Below are positions 12,052-22,861 of a DNA stretch of 64,000 nt, in pieces. A model generated the notes under the pieces. That model was given only the letters and a program-made list of their open reading frames with translations, was not told the DNA's origin and searched no databases. A program made the translations under genes and the position numbers. This stretch comes from Methanomassiliicoccaceae archaeon. Lineage in GTDB: Archaea; Thermoplasmatota; Thermoplasmata; Methanomassiliicoccales; UBA472. The stretch is taken from the NCBI GenBank assembly GCA_963806355.1, contig CAWDXN010000005.1:57980-121979 (forward strand), written 5' to 3'. Each line of letters opens with the position of its first letter. Positions within the stretch are counted from its first letter, which is position 1.

Positions 12052-14519
12052 ATGCTATCAGGAACGGCACCCGATCAGCGGCAAGAGTGCGGTCTTAACC
12101 CTTATCATGGCGCTGGCCATGGTTCTAACCGTGATCCCATTGGGGGTGCAAGCCTTCGATCCCGACGCCCCCACCGCACCAGTGCTGGTGGGACTGACCC
12201 CGGGCAATGGCACTATGGACCTGACCTGGACCATGCCCGCCTATTCCAACGCCTCCGCCGTCACTGAGTACCGCGTCTACAGGGGCGAGACCAATGTCAC
12301 CCTGGAACTGGTGGTCACCCTCGACAATGTCACCGGATATGTGGACGTTGGCCTGGTCAATGGGAAGACCTACTTCTACTCCGTGTCAGCGGTGAATTCG
12401 GCCGGAGAAGGGCCAAGGTCCGATCTGCTCAACGCCACGCCAATGACCGTGCCCAACCGTCCAAGGGAGGTGACGCTGATCCCGGGCAACATGTTCATCA
12501 ACGTCACCTGGGCGATGCCTGATTTCGATGGTGGTTCACCGGTCATCGGTTATGTCATATATCGTTCCGAATCAAATGTCAGGACCGAAGTGGGCAGGGT
12601 CATCAACCAGACCTATTTCATCGATTCCCTGTTGATCATCGGACATACCTACATCTATTTCGTGGCCGCCTTCAATCTGGCGGGTGAAGGGGCGCTCAGT
12701 TTGTCGAAGGAAGGCAGCACCGATATCGTCCCGGGCTCGGCTCGAGACCTGGCAGTGCTTGAAGGGGTGAGGAACGTCACCCTGGTCTGGAACGACCCTG
12801 TCGCCAATGGCGGCTCCTCGATCCTTGGTTACAAGATATTCCGGGGCAACACCTCCACCAACCTGAGCTACCTGGCCGCGGTCGGTCATGTCGGCTCCTA
12901 CCTCGACCTCGGACTGGAGGACAACGTCACCTACTACTACCAAGTGGTGGCCTTCAACCGTGTCGGCGACGGCCCTAAAAGCTACATCGTTTACAGCGCC
13001 ACCTTCGGTGCCCCAATTATCACCCTCAACGTGATCAAAGGCGGGAACCACAGCGTGGAGCTTATCTGGTACCCGGTGAACGATGGCGGGACCCCGGTCA
13101 TCCGTTACTGGATATACCGTGGCAGCAACGAGACCAATCCCACCCTCTATGCCACTCTTGACAATGTACTGAGCTATGTGGACCGACAGGCGGAGAATGG
13201 CGTCACCTACTTCTACCGGGTGGCGGGCGAGAACGCCGTCTGGAGTGGGATTGTCGCAGGTCCTGAACTGCACCCCCTGCACGACCCCTAACGCTCCTGT
13301 CTCTGTCACTGGCGAATCTCAGGACTATCATGTGATATTGAACTGGAGCGCTCCGTCCGACATCGGTGGGGCTCCCGTTTTGGCCTATAACATCTACAAG
13401 GGCGATAGCTCAGGTGCCGAGAGCTACCTAGGCTCCACGAACCGAACCTGGTACGTCAGCGCTGGACTGGAGATCGGTCAAACCTATTACTATCGAGTGA
13501 GCGCGGTCAACCGGGCCGGGGAGGGGCATCTCAGCCCCGAGCTTGCTTTGAAATCCGGTCGCACACCCACCGTCCCAAGGGACCTGCAGGCCTTCGGTTG
13601 GCAAGGCCAGGTGCAATTGGTATGGAAAGCCCCTAGCGACAGCGGCACAAGCTCCGTTCAACTTTACTCCATATACCGGTCCAACGACTCCGCTACGTCT
13701 GATTTCGATCTTATAGCCAATATCACTGGCATCTCCTATTCCGATACTGATGTGGTGAACGGTGATACCTATCATTACTATGTGATGGCGAAGAACTCCA
13801 TCGGTTACAGTCCGACCACACCGACGGTCAGCGCGCAACCCCACCTGAATGGCACCGTACCTAGCGCCCCGATGAACCTGATGGTGGTCAACGGCACCGA
13901 CTCGATATTCCTTAGCTGGGACCCGCCCATCAAGGACGGAGGACAGCCGATAACTGGATATGCCATCTATCGCGGGGTGATGCCGGACATCATGGTCTAC
14001 TATCGCACTGTTGAGGCGACGAGCTTCAACAACTCCGGACTCGGGACCGGTCTCACATACTTCTATAAGGTCGCGGCAGTGAACGACATTGGGACCGGTC
14101 AGGCCACGAACGTCGTCAATGGGACCACCGCCCTCCCACCCCCACCGGTGGAGGAGCCAGACCTCATGTGGCAGGTCCTTGGCAGCATGTTCTTCTACAT
14201 CGGACTGGTCCTTGCCGCATGTGCCTTGGCCGTGTGGTTCATAATGAGGCGCCGCAAACGCCGCAAGGCGAGGTTACGCGGGGCAAAGAAGCCGCAACGG
14301 CAGATGGGGGTCCCCACAAGGCCAGGCCAAGACCGCGCCTCCCGGTCAGCAACAGATGGGTCAGCTGCCGAAGAAGTGATGGTCAGAGGGTGCCACAGTT
14401 CCACGACCCTGACCTCATCATTTGATCGTGAAGCACAGGAAACATCGTCTCTGAAAGCTCCTGCCCATGATGGGATATTGTACCGATTCTACCAAAAGGC
14501 ATCTTTAATAGAATTATAG
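12052..14519 (+). CDS. Membrane-anchored surface protein with about 7 fibronectin type III domains; frameshifts near 12070 and 13240, C-terminus uncertain
   Basis: Signal peptide, repeated W..P..dGGs.i.gY.iYrg...Y.Y.V.A.N..G.G units, C-terminal TM followed by RRRKRRK. Confidence 0.9.
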
Positions 14520-14616
14520 CATCGCCTTGTAATTGATGAAAATATATCACGTGGATATCAATATCGCGCATCCCATGCCCTAGTCATTTATTATCAAGTA
14601 AGTAATTCACTGGAGT

Positions 14617-15425
14617 ATGGCCGCAGTGCCCCAACTGCGGTAAGAAGATCGGTTTGCTGATCAAAACCAATTGCAAGACGCTGCGGAACGAAATACTGCA
14701 ACGATTGCGGTGGACAATTATGGGGGCGGGATAGGGTCGAAAGGACCGAAAAGGACAACGGAAGGAAGACCCTTCACGGAGCACTTCGCCCTAAAATCCA
14801 CGATGTGCAAACCTTGCATCGCAAAGCCTGGAGCCAAGGTGACCACGGAGGCCTATGGCACGAACCCTTACGGGGCATGCCCTGCCTGCGGTTACGATTC
14901 GTCGCCCGACGAAATTCCGGTTTTCACTCAATGAAGGAGTGAACTTCGCATTCCCCGAACGAGAACGACTTCACCGTTCCCATGCTTTGCCTCAAGGCAT
15001 ATTGCCCGAAATGCACCAAGAACTATTCGAAGCAGTTCCTTTGGGTCCATGGGAACCCTTATGATGGACCATCCAACTGGAACGATCCGAAATGGTACAA
15101 TTACTCTCAGGCCAGGCTGGCCGAGAGCGTGGAACGCATCGAGGATGCCGCCAACCATTATGAGAAGGCCGGGCTCTTGGAGAAGGCGAAGCAGCTGAGG
15201 ATAAAGAACAAGAACCAGGTCGTGCACCATATCACCATCGATGTGAACAAGATGCTGGAGTTCCTAAAGGAGAGCAACTTCACCATCCCTTACAAATGCC
15301 CTTCATGCCACGGGACCATCAAATTGAACGGTCAGCGGGACGCCAACAGCTTCTTCATCTGCGAGTATTGCGGCACATCGCTACAGACCGTCGACGTTCA
15401 GAACATGATCAGCGCCATGATGTGA
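14617..15425 (+). CDS. Multi-zinc-ribbon hypothetical protein, probably one gene split by indels
   Basis: CPNC, CNDC, CKPC, CPAC, CPKC, CPSC, CEYC in alternating frames. Confidence 0.5.
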
Positions 15426-15475
15426 TGAGCAGTCTTGGCCGAGGTCGAGAAGAGTCGCTAGGTCAGAGAATGATA

Positions 15476-15562
15476 TGGTGCAGGGGTTGGGATTTGAACC
15501 CAAGGACCACTAAGGACTAGACCCTCAATCTAGCGCCGTTGGCCAGGCTTGGCTACCCCTGC
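15476..15562 (-). tRNA. tRNA-Leu(GAG), CCA encoded
   Basis: Reverse complement GCAGGGGTAGCCAAGCCTGGCCAACGGCGCTAGATTGAGGGTCTAG...GGTTCAAATCCCAACCCCTGCACCA; long variable arm. Confidence 0.97.
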
Positions 15563-15736
15563 CTGTCGACTCGGAATGCCCCGACCCTTTATCAAACTTT
15601 GCACCGGCCATGAGGATGGGCATACGAACCAAGAGGTCACCAGATCAACTATGATCGCACCGCACATGGCGGTACCGATTGAGTTGCTGGGCACTCAACT
15701 GTTACGGTTATATACGACAAAGGAGTAATGGGAATT

Positions 15737-16035
15737 GCCAGGAGAGGGAGGGCGGCTGACGGTAGGGCGCAAGCCCAGCTGAGGAAGTTCCCTCCTCCAT
15801 GAGAAAGGTGGACCGCAGTAGCGGTCTGGTGAGAGCCAAGGCAAGGACGCAGAAACGACACAGCCCCGGGGGCAGGATGATTCGTCTGGCGATGACGTTC
15901 CCGGGGATTTGGTGAAACGGTGACTCCCCACCGGAGCAAGCCCAAACAGCTGGAATGACGATCTCAGGACCGGCGGGTAGGGCGCTTAGTTGAATGCTGC
16001 CTGAAACAGAAGGGGGACTACTACCCTCACCTGGC
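15737..16035 (+). ncRNA. rnpB: RNase P RNA (archaeal)
   Basis: GAGGAAGTTCCCTCC, CAGAAAC, GGTGAAACGG, GAGCAAG, AACAGAAGGGGGACTA; terminal GCCAGG/CCTGGC helix; TTATATA about 25 nt upstream. Confidence 0.93.
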
Positions 16036-16122
16036 CCAACTTCCTTTACCGTGTCAGCGTTCGCCATGACATTTTTAGTCAATGTTATATGGGACCAAAG
16101 CGTTCGCCCACCGTTACCTCTG

Positions 16123-17439
16123 GTGGATGGTGAGAACATCAGTTACTGGAACCCAAGGATGGAACAGATGCCCCGCGAGGAGCTGAGGTCGCTCCAGTTC
16201 AAATCGATGAAGACCCTTGTTTACAAGTTGTACAGCTTTTCCGAGTTCTACCGCCGGCGTATGAAGGCGGCCAAGGTCCACCCTGACGACATCCAATGCT
16301 TGGAGGACGTCCGCAAATTGCCCTTCATGGTCAAGAGCGATCTCCGGGAAAACTATCCAGACAAACTTTTTGTAACGCCAAGGGACGAGGTGGTACGCTT
16401 CCATGCCTCATCCGGGACCACGGGAAAATCCACTGTGGTCGGATATACCCAGCACGACCTCGACGGTTGGACCACGTCATTGGCGCGGGCGCTCACGTCC
16501 TGCGGTCTGGGACGGGCTGACACCATCCAGGTCTCATACGGCTATGGCCTCTTCACCGGCGGTCTGGGATTGCACTACGGGGCGGAGCGCATCGGCGCAG
16601 CGGTGCTGCCCGCCAGTGTGGGGAACACTGAGAGACAGATCGAACTGATGATGGACATGCAGGTGACAGCCATCGCCTGCACCCCATCCTACCTCCTCCA
16701 TATGGGTGAGGTGGCCCAGAAGATGGGGGTTAACTTCTTACGGGACACCAAACTGCGCCGGGCGATACTTGGGGCGGAACCATGGTCGGAGCGCATGAGG
16801 AACAGGATCGAGGAAGACCTGGGCATCAAGGCCTATGACATCTACGGCACCAGCGAGCTCTCCGGTCCGTTGTTCACGGAATGCGAGGAGCAGAAGGGCA
16901 TCCATATCTGGGGGGACCTGGCGCTGGTCGAGATCCTGGACCCGGACACGCATGAACCGGTCTCGCCCGGAGAGCGAGGCGAACTGGTGGTGACCATGCT
17001 GCAGAAGGAGGCGCTGCCCATCATCCGTTACAAGGTGGGGGACATCACCACCTTGGATGAGGAGGTGTGCGCCTGCGGTCGAACCCATCCCCGCATCGGA
17101 CGGATCCAAGGAAGGGTGGACGACATGCTTATCATCCGTGGCATCAATGTTTTCCCGTCGCAGGTGGAGTATGCCCTGATGTCCATCCCTGAGGTGGGTA
17201 GCCATTTCATGATCGAGGTGGACCGGAAGGGCGAGTTGGACGACATGTTGGTGCGGGTGGAGCTGAGGCGGGAGTTCTTCAGCGACCGCATCGACGACCT
17301 GATGCGCATCAAGAAGAAGGTCACCCACACCCTGCGCGCGGCGTTGAACGTCAGCGTGGATGTGGAACTGGCCAACCCCGACTCTCTGCCCCGGTTCGAG
17401 GGCAAGGCGAAACGGGTGATCGATAGGAGGAGGATCTGA
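16123..17439 (+). CDS. paaK: Phenylacetate-CoA ligase family protein (start approximate)
   Basis: HASSGTTGK, YGYGLFTGGLG, GAEPWSE, DIYGTSE, GRVDDMLIIRGINVFPSQVE. Confidence 0.92.
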   Translation: MDGENISYWNPRMEQMPREELRSLQFKSMKTLVYKLYSFSEFYRRRMKAAKVHPDDIQCLEDVRKLPFMVKSDLRENYPDKLFVTPRDEVVRFHASSGTTGKSTVVGYTQHDLDGWTTSLARALTSCGLGRADTIQVSYGYGLFTGGLGLHYGAERIGAAVLPASVGNTERQIELMMDMQVTAIACTPSYLLHMGEVAQKMGVNFLRDTKLRRAILGAEPWSERMRNRIEEDLGIKAYDIYGTSELSGPLFTECEEQKGIHIWGDLALVEILDPDTHEPVSPGERGELVVTMLQKEALPIIRYKVGDITTLDEEVCACGRTHPRIGRIQGRVDDMLIIRGINVFPSQVEYALMSIPEVGSHFMIEVDRKGELDDMLVRVELRREFFSDRIDDLMRIKKKVTHTLRAALNVSVDVELANPDSLPRFEGKAKRVIDRRRI

Positions 17440-17870
17440 TGGTCAAGAAGCACCTTATTCAGCAGGTCTCGATGTTCACCGAGAACCGACCGGGACGTTT
17501 GGCGGCCTTCGCCCAAGCGATGGAGGAAGCAGGCATTGACATCTATGCCTTCAGCATCGCGGAGGCCGATGGTTTCGGGGTCATCCGGGCCTTGGTGTCC
17601 GATCCAGCCATGGCTTGCGATCGGCTCACCGATCTGGGCTTCATGGTGAAGATGACGGACGTGATCGCAGTGCGCATGAAGGACAGGCCAGGGGGCCTTA
17701 GGGAGGTGGCGGAGGTACTGGGGCGGGCGGAGATCAACATAGATTACAGCTACGCCTACAGCTCGAAGCACGGGGCCGTCCTCATCCTCAGGGTGGACAA
17801 GGCGGAGGATGCGGTAAAAAGCCTCAAAGAGAGCGGTGTGCCGTTGCTGGAATCCACTGAGGTGCATTGA
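17439..17870 (+). CDS. Tandem ACT-domain protein (paaK-associated)
   Basis: QVSMFTENRPGRL and DRPGGL...INIDYSY repeats. Confidence 0.9.
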   Translation: MVKKHLIQQVSMFTENRPGRLAAFAQAMEEAGIDIYAFSIAEADGFGVIRALVSDPAMACDRLTDLGFMVKMTDVIAVRMKDRPGGLREVAEVLGRAEINIDYSYAYSSKHGAVLILRVDKAEDAVKSLKESGVPLLESTEVH

Positions 17871-18171
17871 CCCAATTTTATCCGATAAGATAAACCCGCT
17901 ATAATGACGGATATGGTCTAAGGGCGGTAATGCGCTCCCATCTTCGTAAGTACTTGTAATGATGGAGATCTTGCTGGACGGATGTCGTCCCATGTAGAAC
18001 TTGTTCGGTTTCCCATAAAAAGCGTATCTTCGAGTCTAACAGGGGTTCTTACAAAAACCTCATTAATCCGCTTTAATGGCGGGCTCATACCCCCTTTTAC
18101 ATCGTTAATGCGTACAATCGGTATATCCTCAGACGGACAGACTTCGACATAAGTAATCGGGGAGGATAAGG

Positions 18172-18655
18172 ATGAAACTAGACAATGGAAAGATGTATCT
18201 CATCGAGGAAAGAGTGCCGTTGCGTACCCATCAGCTGCTCAGGAAGGAGCTTGCCCGGGGAAGGCCTGCATTGTACATTTCGAAGCATTCCCCGAATCAG
18301 ATCAAGGGACAGTTCACCAACCTCCACGAGCCCCTCACCACCAAATGGCTATCCCCTCGTCCCGATGATGAGTGCATCCCGCCCATGAACCTAGGGATGT
18401 TCGAGAGGCTATCTGGAGAAGTTCTTGCGGGAGAATGAGAACGGTATGGTGGTCCTTAACGGACTGGATGTGCTGGAGATGTGGAACGGTTTCAAGCCAG
18501 TGCTCAAGATACTCAAGCGGACCCAGAACCAGGTCAACGAGGGTTGCGGGCACAATTTCATCATCAGCCTCGACCCCAAGAACCATTATGACAAGCAGCT
18601 GGCAGAGCTCGAGGCGATCTCTGACGAGGTCGTGGTCAGCAATGTGGAGGCATGA
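18172..18655 (+). CDS. DUF835-like protein; frameshift near 18405
   Basis: LYISKHSP, WLS, IPP..L, VVLNGLDVL...NGF..VLK, ISLDP. Confidence 0.75.
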
Positions 18656-18723
18656 CCTCCTCATTATCCATTTTTATAATATAAGTGCAAATTCCTTAAT
18701 TAAGGAGCGTCATCTTTCGGGTC

Positions 18724-19554
18724 ATGAGACCGGCCTTGCAGGTCATGATCACCGCCATCATGGGCGATTCGATCTCCGGCGCGTCCGAGATGACCTCTAG
18801 ACTATTACAGGACCTGAGAGCGTTCTTGAGCAACAACCAGACCGTGCCTCGAGCGGAATGGGTGGAGTTCGCCACAGATGTGAGGATGGCGAGACCAGGT
18901 ATCGCTCCCTTCCACAACATCGCCAAGGAGATAGAGACGATCGCGGGGAACCAGTCGATACAGAACTGGAACGGCGCGATCACGATGATGGTCGAACAGT
19001 TCACCGATCAGGAGATCAACGCACCAAGCCGCATCGCCTCTAACTTCGTCAATCTGGTGCAAGGTGAGAAATTCCTCACCATGTCCTATTCAAGCACGAT
19101 CATGGCCTCACTGCTCATGCTGAAGAGCGAGAGGGAGATCGATGTCCTGGTGGCAGAGTCCCTGCCTATGGCCGAGGGACGGATCACCGCCAAGAAGCTG
19201 ATGAAGAACGGGGTCAAGGTCAGGGTCATCCCGGATTCGCTGGTGGGTGCGGTTATCGACGAGGTGGATTGTTGCCTGGTAGGTGCCGATGCCATAACCC
19301 CTATGGGTGTTTTCAACAAGGTCGGGACCAGGGCGCTCTCCACCGTGGCCATGACCGCGGGGAAACCCTTCAACGTGTTGTGCAGCGAGCTGAAGATCGC
19401 GCCGCTCGAACATGTCGACTTCGGCAGGAAGAAACTTGAGACCGATGGATTGCATGAGCTGACCCAGGTATTCGAGCTCACTCCCTTGGACCTCATCGAT
19501 ATGATCTATACCGACAAGAGGAGCGTAACCCCGAGATCGCTGACCTGGAAGTAG
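18724..19554 (+). CDS. eIF-2B alpha/beta/delta family protein (sugar-phosphate isomerase fold)
   Basis: SGASE, TMSYSST, ESLPMAEG, VGADAI, NKVGT, FELTP. Confidence 0.85.
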   Translation: MRPALQVMITAIMGDSISGASEMTSRLLQDLRAFLSNNQTVPRAEWVEFATDVRMARPGIAPFHNIAKEIETIAGNQSIQNWNGAITMMVEQFTDQEINAPSRIASNFVNLVQGEKFLTMSYSSTIMASLLMLKSEREIDVLVAESLPMAEGRITAKKLMKNGVKVRVIPDSLVGAVIDEVDCCLVGADAITPMGVFNKVGTRALSTVAMTAGKPFNVLCSELKIAPLEHVDFGRKKLETDGLHELTQVFELTPLDLIDMIYTDKRSVTPRSLTWK

Positions 19555-19594
19555 GACGCAAACTACTTCTTTTCTGTCGTCCCATCCATTGTGC

Positions 19595-20296
19595 ATGAAG
19601 GTCATCTCCATTGTGAAATCAGGGGACCTGGCGAGCATTGCTCTCTCCGGTTGTCCCATGAAGTGCGGCTATTGCGCCCACGGCCGGCAGGACAGAAGGG
19701 ATATGACCTTGGAGAAGGTGGTGGCAGAGGTCTCCATCGATGCCGTGAAGAGGGTCTACATCGGAGGGATGGACCCGCTGATACAGAGGAAGGAGGTCGT
19801 CCCCTTCATCAAGACCCTCAAACAGAGAGGGAAGGAGGTAACCCTAAAGACCTCTGGCAACGACCCGGTCACGATCCATGAGCTATTACCGTATGTGGAC
19901 CGTTTCGCCATCGAGATCAAGTGCCCCCTGGACGACCTGGGTTGCTGGTCCTCGCTCTCGGGTCAGGGCGAAGAGTGGGTGGAGGCCTTCCTCCCCAGGT
20001 TGAGGCAGAGCTTGGAGATGATAAAAGGAAGGCCCTTGCGCATCATGACCCGTGCCATCCCCCGTTACATCGATAAGGACAAGGTGCGGAGGATCGGGGA
20101 GCAGCTGGCACCATACGCTGACGAGGCGATACTGAACCAGTTCTTGGGGAATCCGATGAACGACGTCCCCTGGAACGGCATTGAGGTGGCCTCGCCCTCG
20201 GTCGAGGAGATGTTGGACCTCGGGGAAGAGCTGGTGAGGCACATACCCTTGGTCAAGGTGCAATGCTCTGGTTTCCAGCGCGAACTGAGACGTTAG
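19595..20296 (+). CDS. Radical SAM protein, glycyl-radical/NrdG activase-like
   Basis: GCPMKCGYC (CxxxCxxC), GGMDP, LKTSG, IEIK. Confidence 0.8.
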   Translation: MKVISIVKSGDLASIALSGCPMKCGYCAHGRQDRRDMTLEKVVAEVSIDAVKRVYIGGMDPLIQRKEVVPFIKTLKQRGKEVTLKTSGNDPVTIHELLPYVDRFAIEIKCPLDDLGCWSSLSGQGEEWVEAFLPRLRQSLEMIKGRPLRIMTRAIPRYIDKDKVRRIGEQLAPYADEAILNQFLGNPMNDVPWNGIEVASPSVEEMLDLGEELVRHIPLVKVQCSGFQRELRR

Positions 20297-20517
20297 CTGG
20301 GCTCCACCTTTTCGGCGAAGGCCGAGTTGCCGGAGACCTTGGTTATCCTGACCTCGAGCTCCTCACCGACCTTGGCACCCCGCACGAAGACCACCATCCC
20401 CTCCACCCTGGCCATGCCGTCGCCCTGCTTGCCCATGTCCCTTATGCTGACCCGATAGATCTCGCCCTCGCGCACCGTCGCCTTATGTTGCGGCGCGTCG
20501 AACTTCTTGAACTTCAT
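20293..20517 (-). CDS. Single TRAM-domain protein (archaeal RNA chaperone)
   Basis: VREGEIYRVSIRDMGKQGDGMARVEGMVVFVRGA..GE...VRITKV...AFAE. Confidence 0.9.
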   Translation of the reverse strand: MKFKKFDAPQHKATVREGEIYRVSIRDMGKQGDGMARVEGMVVFVRGAKVGEELEVRITKVSGNSAFAEKVEPS

Positions 20518-20529
20518 ATCGTAACCTCC

Positions 20530-20769
20530 TCAACCCAACCTCTTCAGGAACTCCTTCACCTGCCGGTCGAACCCTTCGGTAATGATGTCGACCTCTTTGC
20601 TCTCGCCTCCGCGAATTTGCACCGCGATGAAACCTTTCTCGCTCTCCAGCACCAATCGGGAAGCGGTCTCGTCGGTGGGTCGCAGGCCCAGGCCGTCAAA
20701 GCGCACCTTGGCCTGCCCTAAGACCTCAGCAGGGTTCAGCCTTGTCCTGCAGCTATATCTCATGGACAT
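20530..20769 (-). CDS. Small hypothetical protein
   Basis: 79-aa ORF in operon-like spacing with TRAM gene. Confidence 0.6.
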   Translation of the reverse strand: MSMRYSCRTRLNPAEVLGQAKVRFDGLGLRPTDETASRLVLESEKGFIAVQIRGGESKEVDIITEGFDRQVKEFLKRLG

Positions 20770-20861
20770 CGTCCGGATATCGCCTTATGCCATATTTCAT
20801 CGTGCGCTGAACGCTGTAACTCCCTTGCGCGCCAATTAAATACCATACGCTGGAATTGCAA

Positions 20862-22636
20862 ATGGGAGGAGTGGGGTCCATCGAACTTAGCCAGAATGCG
20901 TTGACCGTCCTGCAGAGGCGCTACCTGCAACGCGATCCCCAGGGAAGGTTGATGGAGACGCCAGAAGGGATGTTCAGAAGGGTGGCCAAGTGCATTGCCA
21001 TTGTCGATCGGGACTATGGGGATCGGGACGCCGAAACCGAGGAGGAGGAGTTCTATGCCGCGATGACGTCCCTGACCTTCCTGCCCAATTCCCCCACATT
21101 GATGAACGCCGGCACCCATATGCAACAGTTGGCCGCCTGTTTCGTGCTTCCGGTGGAGGATTCCATCGAGGCCATCTTCGATGCGGTGAAGTGGGCGGCG
21201 GTGGTGCATCAGAGCGGCGGTGGGACAGGATTTTCCTTCTCCAAACTGAGACCTTCGGGGGATAGGGTGATTTCAACTGGGGGTCTGGCCTCCGGTCCCC
21301 TATCATTCATGCGGGTGTTCGACGTCTCCACCGAGGCGGTGAGACAGGGAGGTAAGAGGAGGGGGGCATCCATGGGCGTGCTTCGCGTGGACCATCCCGA
21401 TATCGTGAGCTTCATCCATGCGAAGGACCCTGGGGAGGAGCTGACCAACTTCAACCTCTCGGTGGCGATAACAGATTCCTTCATGGACGCGGTCAGGGAG
21501 GGCGGCGATCTTTCCCTGCGAGACCCACGTACTGACCAGGAGCGCACCAGGCTCGATGCGAAGGCCTTGTTCGCCGATATCTGCTCCACCGCCTGGGCCC
21601 ACGGCGACCCTGGGGTGATCTTCATCGATGAGATTAACCGCAGCAACCCTACGCCTCAGCTCGGGATGATCGAGTCGACGAACCCATGTGGCGAGGTGCC
21701 CTTGTTGCCTTTCGAGGCCTGCAACCTAGGGTCGATAAACCTGGCCAAGATGGTCATGACCGGAACGAACGGCCCCGAACTGGACCTGGACCGCCTGGAT
21801 AGCATCGTCGACATGGCGGTCCGCTTCCTGGACAATGTCATCGACGCCGGCCATTACCCCCTGCCTCAGATAGAGGCCATGGTGAGAGGTAACCGCAAGA
21901 TCGGACTGGGAGTGATGGGCTTCGCCGATGTCCTGATCATGATGGACATCAGATATGGGACCCAGGGACTGCTTGGAGCTCATCGACAAGGTCATGGCCA
22001 GGATCGATGCGAAGGCCAAGGAGACGTCCAAGGCGATCGCTGAATCGCGCGGGGCGTTCCCGAACCTGCGCGGGAAGCAGGTTGAAAGAGGCGCAACGCA
22101 ACGCCACCTTGCTCAGCGTCGCTCCCACTGGCACCATCAGCATCATCGCCGGGTGCTCCAGCGGGATCGAGCCCCATTACGCCTTCCACATGGAGCGTCA
22201 TGTGCTCGAGGGCGAGGAGCTGCGCGAGACCGACCCCCAGTTCCTCCGGGCCTTGGCCCAACATCGATTGGATGTGGGACAGGTCCTTTCGGCCATGGTG
22301 GGCCACACCTCGGTGCAGGATCTGGACATATTACCCGATGACATCAAGCGTATCTTCGTCAGCGCCCATGATGTCCATCCCCTGGACCAGGTGCGGGTGC
22401 AGGCGGCGTTCCAGGAGCATGTGGACAACGCCGTCTCCAAGACCATCAACCTAAGGGCGGACGCTTCCATCACCGATGTGGAGGAGGCCTTCACCCTGGC
22501 CCACGATCTACGTTGCAAAGGCATCACGGTCTATAGGGAGGGCTCCAAGGCGGGACAGGTCCTCACCGCTTCCGGTCATCAGGAATGCCTGGCCTGCGGC
22601 CGCCTCGGGGCGATCGCGAACTCCATCCAGCCTTGA
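20862..22636 (+). CDS. nrdJ: Adenosylcobalamin-dependent (class II) ribonucleotide reductase; frameshifts near 21962 and 22065
   Basis: FLPNSPTLMNAG, ACFV, GGKRRGA, TNPCGE, CNLGSINL, APTGTISII, VDNAVSKTIN, KGITVYR. Confidence 0.93.
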
Positions 22637-22664
22637 GGACCTGTTGGAAAAAAGGTCCGTCATT

Positions 22665-22702
22665 GATATCAGCAATGATACCTTGATGCCGGGGTTTATA
22701 AA
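22665..22702 (+). promoter_or_regulatory. TATCA-GCAA-TGATA operator plus TATA box (TTTATAAA 22695-22702) between two convergent genes
   Basis: Same 16-mer and same 14-nt gap to TATA as at 11966. Confidence 0.6.
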
Positions 22703-22723
22703 GCATGTTCGCCAACTAGATAT

Positions 22724-22850
22724 TAAGCCCCGCGAAGCACGGCGTGGATCGAAACGGTCCGATAAAAAGGATCGACCGGCCTTACCCTCTGTCGCTGTCT
22801 CGCAACAATGGCTTTCCTCCCCTAGATTCCAGGGTAAGGCCGGGATTGTT
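22724..22850 (+). ncRNA. Putative small structured RNA (ends approximate)
   Basis: Own TATA; hairpin GGAUCG-AAA-CGGUCC; perfect 13-bp stem 22776-22788/22831-22843 closing a 42-nt loop; G-U pairs favour + strand. Confidence 0.5.
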
Positions 22851-22861
22851 CATTCCACTTC

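Noticed and set aside
14520..15562. Integrated element at tRNA-Leu
   Set aside because: No integrase, transposase or duplicated tRNA 3' end found
15649..16139. ORFs overlapping 15.7-16.0 kb and the long N-terminal extension of paaK
   Set aside because: Region is the RNase P RNA gene
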